Origin: an uncultured Acidobacteriaceae bacterium
GTDB lineage: Bacteria > Acidobacteriota > Terriglobia > Terriglobales > Acidobacteriaceae
Length of the DNA stretch: 64,000 nt
Direction: 5' to 3'
Assembly (NCBI GenBank): GCA_963831055.1
Contig: CAWHOU010000049.1
Coordinates: 51,748-115,747 of the forward strand
Shown: positions 1-7,284 of the stretch, one piece after another
How the letters are laid out: each line of letters starts with the position of its first letter
Numbering within the stretch: position 1 is the stretch's first letter
Made by a program: the position numbers and the translations under genes
Notes under the pieces: model-generated
What the model saw: the letters and a program-made list of their open reading frames with translations, nothing else
What the model was told of the DNA's origin: nothing
Database searches by the model: none

Positions 1-471
1 CTCCAGCACAAACGCCCGCGCCAGCGCCACCCTCTGCTGCTCCCCACCGGAAAGCTGCACCGGATAATGATGCAGCCGGTCTTCCAGTCCCACCGCCACC
101 AGCAACGGCTCCGCCTTCTTCCGCGCATCCCCGCGCGCATTCAGCTCATACGGCAGCATCACGTTTTCGAGCGCCGTCAGCGTCGGTATCAGTTGGTACG
201 ACTGAAACACGAACCCAATGCGCCTCCCCCGCACCTCCGCCAGCTTGTCCTCTTCAAGACGGCCGATCGAAATGCCATCGAGAATCACTTCCCCTTCGGT
301 CGGTGAATCGAGCCCCGCCAGCAATCCCAGCAGCGTGCTCTTGCCGCTCCCGCTCGCCCCCATAATCGCCGCAAACTGCCCCTTCGGAATCATCAGATCG
401 ATCCCCCGCAATATCTCGACCGTCCGCGTCCCATTCCGAATCGACTTCTTCAGCCCTCGAACCTCAATCAT
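1..471 (-). CDS. ABC transporter ATP-binding protein (N-terminal 157 aa; gene runs off the window start), YbbA/LolD-like
   Basis: Reverse translation from ATG (471-469) gives MIEVRGLKKSIRNGTRTVEILRGIDLMIPKGQFAAIMGASGSGKSTLL (Walker A) ... VQLSGGEQQRVALARAFVLE (ABC signature). Absent from the ORF track because it is open at the edge. Divergent from a TesA-like gene, as in E. coli tesA/ybbA. Confidence 0.85.
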   Translation of the reverse strand, partial: MIEVRGLKKSIRNGTRTVEILRGIDLMIPKGQFAAIMGASGSGKSTLLGLLAGLDSPTEGEVILDGISIGRLEEDKLAEVRGRRIGFVFQSYQLIPTLTALENVMLPYELNARGDARKKAEPLLVAVGLEDRLHHYPVQLSGGEQQRVALARAFVLE

Positions 472-521
472 CCGTTCTCCTCAACAGCGTCCTGGCTACT
501 CTTGTTAGGGTAAAAATAGAA

Positions 522-589
522 ATGTCACCCTGAGCGAAGGTTGACGCGTGAGCGTCAAGGGAAGTCGAAGGATCTGCGGTTTCTTTCCC
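522..589. repeat. Intergenic repeat element, copy A (ATGTCAYCCTGAGCG...GTCGAAGGAYCTGC family) with internal GTGA-loop hairpin
   Basis: Shares both flanks with 6519-6587 and the left flank with 18075-18120. Internal hairpin is ttgacgc-gtga-gcgtcaa (541-558). Confidence 0.5.
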
Positions 590-602
590 GCCTATAACCC
601 CC

Positions 603-1259
603 ATGCATGCCCGCCAAAAATCCTGCCTTGCGGCTCTGACAACCATGCTCATCCTCTCTCTACCTTTGTACGCTGCTCCATCTCGCCCCGTTCCAGTCTC
701 TTCACAAACCATTCCCATCATCGCCTGCTTCGGTGACAGCATCACCGCCGGCTACGGCGTCGAGCCCGGCCACGCGTACCCCGACGACCTCCAGGCCGAC
801 CTCACTAGCCGCGGCTACCACTACAAAATCGTCAACTCCGGCATCAGCGGCAACACCACCAAAGACGGAGTCGACCGCTTACAGGAAGTCCTCCGCCTGC
901 ACCCCGCCATCGTCATCGTCGAATTCGGCGGCAACGACGGATTGCGCGGCATCCCCATCGCCGACACGCGCCGCAACCTGGACACCATCGTCTCCACCCT
1001 GATCCACGCGGGCAGCAAGGTCGTCCTTGCCGGCATCACCCTCCCGCCCAACTACGGCGCCGACTATATCCATCAGTTTGACGAAACCTATCGCCTCACC
1101 GCGTCAAAATTCCACGTCCCGCTCCTGCCTGAACTCTACGCGAACGTCTACACCATCCCCGGCGCCATTCAGGACGACGGCATTCACCCCACCGCAAAAG
1201 GCGCACAACTCCTCGCCGACAACTTCCTTCCGCTCCTGCTGCCTCTCCTCCACAAATAG
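603..1259 (+). CDS. SGNH/GDSL hydrolase, TesA-like (arylesterase / thioesterase I / lysophospholipase L1), secreted
   Basis: N-terminal signal-like segment, GDSITAGYG block I, GGNDGLRG block, C-terminal DGIHP. Divergent from the ABC ATPase. Confidence 0.85.
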   Translation: MHARQKSCLAALTTMLILSLPLYAAPSRPVPVSSQTIPIIACFGDSITAGYGVEPGHAYPDDLQADLTSRGYHYKIVNSGISGNTTKDGVDRLQEVLRLHPAIVIVEFGGNDGLRGIPIADTRRNLDTIVSTLIHAGSKVVLAGITLPPNYGADYIHQFDETYRLTASKFHVPLLPELYANVYTIPGAIQDDGIHPTAKGAQLLADNFLPLLLPLLHK

Positions 1260-1294
1260 CGACCGCGAAATTGCGGTGTAGGCGCACGCGCAAA

Positions 1295-1388
1295 GCTACT
1301 GGCTACCGGCCATCGGCTACTGGCTACTGGCTACTGGCTACTGGCTACTGGCTACTGGCTACTGGCTACTGGCTACCCGCTACCCGCT
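1295..1388. repeat. Heptanucleotide tandem repeat (GGCTACT)n, 8 perfect units (1315-1370) plus degenerate flanking units
   Basis: Direct reading: ggctact x8, flanked by gctact/ggctacc/ggccatc and ggctacc/cgctacc. Intergenic. Confidence 0.95.
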
Positions 1389-1502
1389 GTTTAGTTGCGC
1401 CCATTTCCCAGCAACAAATCCCGCCCCGCGTGTTTTCACCGTGCGTAAGGCGAATGACAAAGCACGATCGCAGCAAGTCATCCGTCCCCAGGAGCCCACG
1501 CC

Positions 1503-1814
1503 ATGAAACTCACATTGGTTGCAACCGCACTTCTTGCCCTCACCACCACGGGTGCCTTCGCCCAGACCATCAACCAGCGCAAAGTCGACCAGCAGGACCG
1601 CATCGCCCAGGGCATTCGCTCCGGCCAGCTCACCGCACGCGAAACCACCAACCTCGAATCCCGTGAAGCCTCCATCAATCGCGAAGAGTACCGGATGCGC
1701 CGTGCCGACGATGGTCGCCTTACCGGCCGCGACCGTGCCGCTCTCACCTGCCGCCAGAACCGCGTCTCCCGCGCCATCTATCGCGACAAGCACAACGCCT
1801 TTCACCGCGGATAA
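1503..1814 (+). CDS. Small secreted hypothetical protein (103 aa)
   Basis: AGGAG 8 nt upstream of the ATG. Signal peptide MKLTLVATALLALTTTGAFAQ, then a charged R/E/D-rich mature part. Confidence 0.6.
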   Translation: MKLTLVATALLALTTTGAFAQTINQRKVDQQDRIAQGIRSGQLTARETTNLESREASINREEYRMRRADDGRLTGRDRAALTCRQNRVSRAIYRDKHNAFHRG

Positions 1815-1850
1815 CGAATCGCGGTGCCTCATAGCCTGGCCTGAGCAATT

Positions 1851-1884
1851 CTGAGTGCCCCTGAAAAATCGCAGGGGCACTCAG
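1851..1884. terminator. Perfect 13-bp stem-loop between convergent genes (no clear U-tract)
   Basis: ctgagtgcccctg (1851-1863) / caggggcactcag (1872-1884), 8-nt loop. Lies between the 1503-1814 (+) gene and truB (-). Confidence 0.4.
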
Positions 1885-1940
1885 ACAGCTCAGCCTCTCA
1901 CTCGCTTAGACCGGGAAATCCCGCAAGCACACAAGCTCAA

Positions 1941-2017
1941 GGCTGTTCGCTACTCCCTATTCCCTACTCCCTACTCCCTATTCCCTATTCCCTACTCCCT
2001 ACTCCCTACTCCCTGTT
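1941..2017. repeat. Heptanucleotide tandem repeat (CCCTAYT)n, 11 units; minus strand carries 9 consecutive GGG tracts
   Basis: ggctgtt cgctact ccctatt ccctact ccctact ccctatt ccctatt ccctact ccctact ccctact ccctgtt. Ends 3 nt from the truB stop codon (2021-2023). Confidence 0.95.
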
Positions 2018-2020
2018 TCT

Positions 2021-2896
2021 TCACACCAACACCACAAACGGCTGAAACAGCGTCCCCGCCACCCTCCGCCCCACCGCCACCAACTCCCGCTGCCCCTCGA
2101 AAATCTTCACCAGCGCCGCCCCCGAATACTCCGGCAGATTCACCTGCATCCCGTTCCGAACCCGCCCCACCGTCTGCTCGTCCGCCGTCACCGCCGGCAT
2201 CTCCGGCAGCAGCGTTCGCGGATGCGGCATCCGCTCCTCCAGCCTTCCCTCCGCTCCCAGAGCTTCGACCTCCTCCAGGGTCAGCGCCTGCTCCAGCGTA
2301 AACACCCCCGCCGCCGTCCTCCGCAGGCTCGCTAAATGCGCCCCACATCCCAGACCCTGCCCCATCGCGTGCGCGATCGCTCGCACATATCCGCCTGCTG
2401 AAATCTGCATGGTGAACCGCGCCGTATCGCCATCGACGCTTTCAATGGCAAATGCGTCGACCGTGATCTTCACCGGCTTCAGCTCCGGTGTCTTTCCTTG
2501 CCGCGCCAGCTTGTACGCCGGTTTCCCGTCAACCTTCTTCGCGGAAAACGGCGGTGGCATCTGCTCAATCTCGCCTGCGAATTTCGCCGCTTCGCCCCGC
2601 ACCGCATCGAGTGTGAGCACAACGGACCGCACTTCGCCGACGGCCTGCCCCTCGGCGTCATAAGTATCCGTCGCGGTTCCAAATCGAATCGTCCCCGCAT
2701 ACGTCTTCGCGCTTGTGCCAAAGAATTGTGCCAGCCGCGTGTACTTTCCCAACAGAAGCGGCAGCACACCGGTCGCCATCGGATCCAGCGTCCCAAGATG
2801 CCCCACCGACTGCTCATCGGTCGCGCGCCGCACGCGCGCCACCACATCGTGCGACGTCATCCCGCCCGGCTTATCGACAATCAGGAGCCCATTCAC
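2021..2896 (-). CDS. truB: tRNA pseudouridine(55) synthase
   Basis: MNGLLIVDKPGGMTSHDVV...GHLGTLDPMATGVLPLLLG (catalytic Asp motif). 291 aa. Confidence 0.95.
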   Translation of the reverse strand: MNGLLIVDKPGGMTSHDVVARVRRATDEQSVGHLGTLDPMATGVLPLLLGKYTRLAQFFGTSAKTYAGTIRFGTATDTYDAEGQAVGEVRSVVLTLDAVRGEAAKFAGEIEQMPPPFSAKKVDGKPAYKLARQGKTPELKPVKITVDAFAIESVDGDTARFTMQISAGGYVRAIAHAMGQGLGCGAHLASLRRTAAGVFTLEQALTLEEVEALGAEGRLEERMPHPRTLLPEMPAVTADEQTVGRVRNGMQVNLPEYSGAALVKIFEGQRELVAVGRRVAGTLFQPFVVLV

Positions 2897-3047
2897 TCAA
2901 CTACGATAATCGCTTCCTCTCGCCTTCGGGGAAAACGAGCCTGCTGCAGGGTGAAGTCGATAGTGCGGCCAAAGCCAGGATCGAAAGGTGCGATGGCCGA
3001 ATCATTCTCAGAAGTCTAAACACTACCCGCTGTGCGCTGCCCCACGT

Positions 3048-3083
3048 TCTCTAATCCCTAAGCCCTAAACTCTGATCCCTGTT
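3048..3083. repeat. Short 7-bp-period tract (CTCTAAT CCCTAAG CCCTAAA CTCTGAT CCCTGTT) overlapping the folE stop
   Basis: Minus strand reads TTAGGG-like units. The 14-mer tctctaatccctaa recurs exactly at 3746-3759. Confidence 0.7.
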
Positions 3084-3730
3084 CCATCCCGAATTAACGA
3101 CAGAAACTCCGCGCGCGTGTTCTGCTTCTGAAACACACCCAGCATCGCCGAAGTCACCGTCGACGAATTCTGCTTCTCCACCCCCCGCATCATCATGCAC
3201 AGGTGCCGCGCCTCAATCACCACCCCCACTCCCTGCGGATGGATCGCCTCCTGGATCGCCTCAGCAATCTGCCGCGTCAGCCGCTCCTGCACCTGCAGCC
3301 GCCGCGCAAACACGTCCACCAATCGCGGAGCCTTGCTCAGACCAATCACCTTCCCATCCGGGATATACGCCACGTGAACCTTCCCGAAAAACGGCAGCAT
3401 ATGATGCTCGCACAGCGAATACATCTCGATGTCCTTCACGATCACCATCTCGTCGTAAGCCACATCGAATAACGCCCCGTGCAGGATCTCCATCGGATCC
3501 TCCCGGTACCCCTTCGTCAGAAACTCCAGCGACCGCTCCACCCGCTCCGGCGTCTTCTCCAGCCCATCCCGCGTCGGATCGCCGTCGTACCGCCGAATGA
3601 TCTCCCGAAACATCTCCTGCGTTGTTACATTTTCGAGGCCCGTTGTCCCGATGATCTCCGCATCCAGCTTCTCCCGATCCTCATCCACCGCCATTCGCGT
3701 CACGCTTTCTTCCTCCTCGAGAATCCGCAA
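3065..3730 (-). CDS. folE: GTP cyclohydrolase I (FolE type)
   Basis: [18 protein letters not shown] and [15 protein letters not shown] motifs. An alternative start at M13 is possible. Confidence 0.95.
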   Translation of the reverse strand: MRILEEEESVTRMAVDEDREKLDAEIIGTTGLENVTTQEMFREIIRRYDGDPTRDGLEKTPERVERSLEFLTKGYREDPMEILHGALFDVAYDEMVIVKDIEMYSLCEHHMLPFFGKVHVAYIPDGKVIGLSKAPRLVDVFARRLQVQERLTRQIAEAIQEAIHPQGVGVVIEARHLCMMMRGVEKQNSSTVTSAMLGVFQKQNTRAEFLSLIRDGTGIRV

Positions 3731-3772
3731 AGAACCCGGCTCTCATCTCTAATCCCTAAAACGCCGCTCTCA

Positions 3773-4237
3773 TCAAATCGGATCTTCGCAGTACTCGAAA
3801 AAATTGTTCGACGTCTCCTCCACTCGCACCGCCAGCGTCATCGCCCGCGGCAATACCAGCGCCAGCCCCCGGTGTATCTCGATAAGCAGGTTTTCCGTCG
3901 TCGGCACAACTTCGCGAAACACCTCCAGCGTATTCAGATTCTGATGGTCGAACGGCTCCAGCACCTCGCGCCGAACCCAGCCATCCAGCTCCGCCAGATC
4001 GCACACCATGCCTGTCCGCCTGTCGATCTCTCCCCCCACAATCACTTCCACCGTGTAGTTGTGCCCATGCCCATGCGGATTCGCGCACTTCCCATAAACG
4101 TTCTGATTCTCCGCTTCGCTCAAGGACGCAGAGAACAATCGATGCGAAGCGCTCAGCACATACCGCCGCCCCAGATGCGCTCTGGCCGTCGTTGCCCATA
4201 GATGCGGGCCGTCCTGGTCCAACCGTCCATCCTCCAT
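3773..4237 (-). CDS. 6-pyruvoyl-tetrahydropterin / 6-carboxy-tetrahydropterin synthase family protein (COG0720), paralog A
   Basis: YGKCANPHGHGHNYTVEV...PTTENL. 154 aa. Confidence 0.85.
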   Translation of the reverse strand: MEDGRLDQDGPHLWATTARAHLGRRYVLSASHRLFSASLSEAENQNVYGKCANPHGHGHNYTVEVIVGGEIDRRTGMVCDLAELDGWVRREVLEPFDHQNLNTLEVFREVVPTTENLLIEIHRGLALVLPRAMTLAVRVEETSNNFFEYCEDPI

Positions 4238-4274
4238 AAAAGAATCGCCTCATCCCGAAAGCAGCGGCCTTGGG

Positions 4275-4682
4275 TCAGGCCGCGTAGCAGTCGGCGAATA
4301 AATCCGGCATCTCATACACCCGCACCCGATGCAACCGCGCCCCGGGAATCTTGCCCTGCAGTCTCCGAAAAATCGCCACCGCGATATTCTCCGTCGTCGG
4401 GATCGTCGTCTTGAACTCCGGCACCTCCAGATTCAGGTGCCGATGATCGTAAGCGGCCACCACTTCCTTCTCCATCACATCCTTCAGTTGCTTCAGATCG
4501 ACCACGAACCCCGTCACCGGATCGGCTTCGCCCGCCACCGTCACCTCCAGCGTGTAATTGTGACCGTGACCGTTACGATTAGAGCACTTCCCGAAAACGC
4601 GAGCGTTCTCCTCCGCGCTCCACGCCTCGTTCCAGTAATAATGCGAAGCCGAAAACTCCGCCTTCCTCGTCAATAAGATCAT
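4275..4682 (-). CDS. 6-pyruvoyl-tetrahydropterin / 6-carboxy-tetrahydropterin synthase family protein (COG0720), paralog B
   Basis: FGKCSNRNGHGHNYTLEVTV...DHRHLN...PTTENIAV. 135 aa. By my recollection it closely resembles animal-type PTPS. Confidence 0.9.
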   Translation of the reverse strand: MILLTRKAEFSASHYYWNEAWSAEENARVFGKCSNRNGHGHNYTLEVTVAGEADPVTGFVVDLKQLKDVMEKEVVAAYDHRHLNLEVPEFKTTIPTTENIAVAIFRRLQGKIPGARLHRVRVYEMPDLFADCYAA

Positions 4683-4817
4683 GGGTTTGCTCTGTGTAAC
4701 TCGCTGCTTTTCGCTCGCCTTTTGCTCGTTTTATGCTAAAAGTCTTTTGCTAAACGCTCTTCGCCGATAGCTTCCTGGCCGGCTTCTTCTTCGCTCCTCG
4801 CATTCTCCCGGCTGCGA

Positions 4818-4856
4818 GCTACCGCCTGTCGGCTACTCCCTGTTCCCTGCCCTTCC
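4818..4856. repeat. Degenerate 7-bp-period tract (GCTACCG CCTGTCG GCTACTC CCTGTTC CCTGCCC) overlapping the 3' end of the GT2 gene
   Basis: Direct reading. Same family as 1941-2017. Confidence 0.6.
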
Positions 4857-5907
4857 AGACTACCTGCTTCAACACCCTCACGCGAAACCAGCTCCGCCAC
4901 AGCAACACCGCATACAGCGGAATCCCCACCGGAGCCAGCACCCAATCCCTGAATGGAAAATTCGACTTCGCTGCCCGCCCATACAGCCCCCACAAAGCCC
5001 GCAACCACACCACCACCAGCGCAGCCAGGGCCAGCGGAGTTCCCAAAACTCCACGCGGTATCAGCGGATGATCCGCCATCATCCACCCAAAGAAAAAAAT
5101 CAGCGCCAGCACCCCCACCACCACCGCCAGCTCCAGCAGCCGCATTCCCGCCAGCATCGGAGCATTCCCAAACAGGAGCGCCAGGTTCTTCGTCCACCCC
5201 TCCCACATCGCCCCAAAGCTGCGATACATCCGCGCGGACACCGCCTCCGGCGCATAGCGAAACCGCAGCCCCAGCTTTCGCCGCTTCACCAGCGATGCCA
5301 GCTCCACATCCTCAAGAATCGAACCCTTCACTGCCGCGTGCCCGCCGATCTTCTCGTAGACGTCGCGCCGCACCAGCAAAAACTGCCCATTCGCCGCCGC
5401 CACCAGACGCGCCGGATCGTTCACCTTCGCCGGCGCATACGTCACCGCCAGATCGCTGAACACCAGCGGCATCAGCGCCCGCTGCGCCAGCCCCCGCACA
5501 ATCTGCCGCGGTGAATACGACAGCATCCCCACCTCATGCCGCTCCGCCTCAATCATCGCCAGCCGCACATGCCCAGGCTCATGCACGGTGTCAGCATCCG
5601 TAAACAGCAGCCATTTTCCCTGCGTAGCCTGCGCCCCAGCCCAGCAGGCATTCGCCTTCCCCGTCCATCCGCGCTCCAGTTTCGGAGCATCCATCACCCT
5701 CACGCCCGCGTGCTCATGGGCGAGGCTCCCGGCAATCTCCCGCGTCCCATCCGTCGACCCATCGTTCACAACGACGATCTCCCAATCCACGCCGAGCCGC
5801 CAGCCATCCTCCTCCTGCGCCACCAGCGAACGCAGACACTCCCCCAGACAATCTTCCTCATTGCGAGCGGGAATGACGACAGAGAGAATCGGCGGAGATG
5901 CGTCCAC
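4819..5907 (-). CDS. Family 2 glycosyltransferase with C-terminal membrane segments
   Basis: VVIPARNEEDCL...VVVNDGSTDGT...GWTGKANA...FTDADTVHEP (DxD). Hydrophobic C-terminal third. Confidence 0.85.
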   Translation of the reverse strand: MDASPPILSVVIPARNEEDCLGECLRSLVAQEEDGWRLGVDWEIVVVNDGSTDGTREIAGSLAHEHAGVRVMDAPKLERGWTGKANACWAGAQATQGKWLLFTDADTVHEPGHVRLAMIEAERHEVGMLSYSPRQIVRGLAQRALMPLVFSDLAVTYAPAKVNDPARLVAAANGQFLLVRRDVYEKIGGHAAVKGSILEDVELASLVKRRKLGLRFRYAPEAVSARMYRSFGAMWEGWTKNLALLFGNAPMLAGMRLLELAVVVGVLALIFFFGWMMADHPLIPRGVLGTPLALAALVVVWLRALWGLYGRAAKSNFPFRDWVLAPVGIPLYAVLLWRSWFRVRVLKQVVWKGREQGVADRR

Positions 5908-6517
5908 GGTAGCTGCACCTTATTATAGAAACGTGCCCGCCCCACCTGTTCTTAGGCGTCGCCTCACCCGCCGCTCTGTCGCGGATGCCATCCTCTGCAC
6001 CCTGCACACTGTACCCTGTACCCTGCTTTTCCGCGTTTTGCTTTTCTGCTGCCTGTTGCCTGTTGCCTGCTGCCTGCTTTCCTGCGACCGCGGCAGCCAC
6101 CCCGCCCAGGTCGGCGAGCAAGCCCCCAACGTTGTCATCCGCAACGGCGCGCAAACCGTCCGCCTCAGCGATTACCGAGGCAAAACCGTCGTCCTCAACT
6201 TCTGGGCCAGCTGGTGCCCGCCCTGCGTCGAAGAGTTCCCCTACCTCATCGACCTCCAGCGCCGCATGCCCAACATCGTCGTCCTCGCCGTCAGCTTCGA
6301 TACCGACCCCAATGCCTACCGCCAATACCTCATCGATAACCACATCGCCGGCATCACAACCATCCTCGACTTATCCCAGCAATCCAACCACGCCTTCGAT
6401 ACCACCCGTCCCCCCGAAACCTACATCATCGACCCCCACGGCATCATCCGCCGCAAATTCATCGGTGCCCAGGATTTCACCAGCCCCGAAATCATGAACT
6501 ACATCAGGAACCTTTAG
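5873..6517 (+). CDS. TlpA/ResA-like thiol:disulfide oxidoreductase (thioredoxin fold), probable lipoprotein; start uncertain
   Basis: VVLNFWASWCPPCVEEFP (CxxC). No ATG/GTG lies downstream of 6086, so the start is the ATG at 5873 (35-nt overlap with the divergent GT2 5' end) or a TTG at 6038. LLSC lipobox-like. Confidence 0.8.
   Translation: MTTERIGGDASTVAAPYYRNVPAPPVLRRRLTRRSVADAILCTLHTVPCTLLFRVLLFCCLLPVACCLLSCDRGSHPAQVGEQAPNVVIRNGAQTVRLSDYRGKTVVLNFWASWCPPCVEEFPYLIDLQRRMPNIVVLAVSFDTDPNAYRQYLIDNHIAGITTILDLSQQSNHAFDTTRPPETYIIDPHGIIRRKFIGAQDFTSPEIMNYIRNL
5994..6084. repeat. Degenerate 7-bp-period tract (CCTGCAC ACTGTAC CCTGTAC ... TGCCTGT TGCCTGT TGCCTGC TGCCTGC) inside the 5' part of the TlpA-like ORF
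   Basis: Direct reading. It encodes the hydrophobic LLFRVLLFCCLLPVACCLLSC segment. Confidence 0.7.
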
Positions 6518-6518
6518 G

Positions 6519-6587
6519 ATGTCATCCTGAGCGGAGTTTGGCTCGCAAGAGCACAAACGGAGTCGAAGGACCTGCATTTTTCTTGCC
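6519..6587. repeat. Intergenic repeat element, copy B, with nested GCAA-loop hairpin
   Basis: atgtcatcctgagcggag ... ggagtcgaaggacctgcattttt. Hairpin is gtttg-gctc-gcaa-gagc-a-caaac (6536-6558). Confidence 0.55.
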
Positions 6588-6603
6588 TCGGGGCACGACC
6601 ACC

Positions 6604-7266
6604 ATGACGACAACAAATAACCAGCCCCCCACGCGCCACGAACCCCGCTGGCCAGCCCTGGTCGCCCTGCTCGCCGTCGGCGGCCTGCGCCTCGCACTGC
6701 CCGAATCGCTCTCCTACGGCCCCGACTGGCTCCTGTTACTGATCATCGGCGTCCTCGTCATACCCAGCATCTGGGCGCACCGTCTCGCCCTCAACACTCT
6801 CAACCGGGTCCTCGGCTACGTCATGACCTCCATCGTCACCCTCGACATGGTCTGGTCCCTCGCCCTGCTCATCGCAGCGCTCCCCGCTCATAAACAATCG
6901 CCCATCGCATTGCTCGAATCCGCCGCCGCGCTCTGGATCACCAACATCATCGTCTTCGCCTCCTGGTACTGGCGTCTCGATGGCGGAGGTCCAACAGCCC
7001 GCGAGCTCCGCGGCGTCCACACCGACGGAGCCTTCCTCTTCCCGCAAATGACTCTTGACCAGCAATCTCGAATCGCCATGGGCGAACAATGCTGGAACCC
7101 GGGTTTCGTCGACTACCTCTTCCTCGCCTTCAACACTTCCACCGCCTTCTCTCCCACCGATGTGCCGGTCCTGTCGCGCTGGGCCAAGCTCCTCATGATG
7201 ATCCAGTCCCTCATCTCCCTCGCCACCCTGGCCCTCCTGGCCGCCCGCGCCGTCAACATCCTCTGA
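6604..7266 (+). CDS. DUF1345-like integral membrane protein
   Basis: Several TM segments. C-terminal FVDYLFLAFNTSTAFSPTDV...SRWAKLLMMIQSLISL fits my recollection of DUF1345. ATG 6604 is preferred over 6538, which lies in the repeat element. Confidence 0.65.
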   Translation: MTTTNNQPPTRHEPRWPALVALLAVGGLRLALPESLSYGPDWLLLLIIGVLVIPSIWAHRLALNTLNRVLGYVMTSIVTLDMVWSLALLIAALPAHKQSPIALLESAAALWITNIIVFASWYWRLDGGGPTARELRGVHTDGAFLFPQMTLDQQSRIAMGEQCWNPGFVDYLFLAFNTSTAFSPTDVPVLSRWAKLLMMIQSLISLATLALLAARAVNIL

Positions 7267-7284
7267 GCGTGACCAGCTCAACGG

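Noticed and set aside
1295-2017. Whether the regularly repeated short units could be a CRISPR array.
   Set aside because: The units are 7 bp and strictly tandem, with no spacers. No cas genes are present and there is no repeat of CRISPR size.
4700-4760. T-tracts (TTTTCGC/TTTTGCT) upstream of PTPS-B, considered as phased intrinsic DNA curvature.
   Set aside because: The measured spacings of the T-runs (12, 9 and 16 nt) are not helically phased. I kept only the motif similarity to the atpH-atpA spacer.
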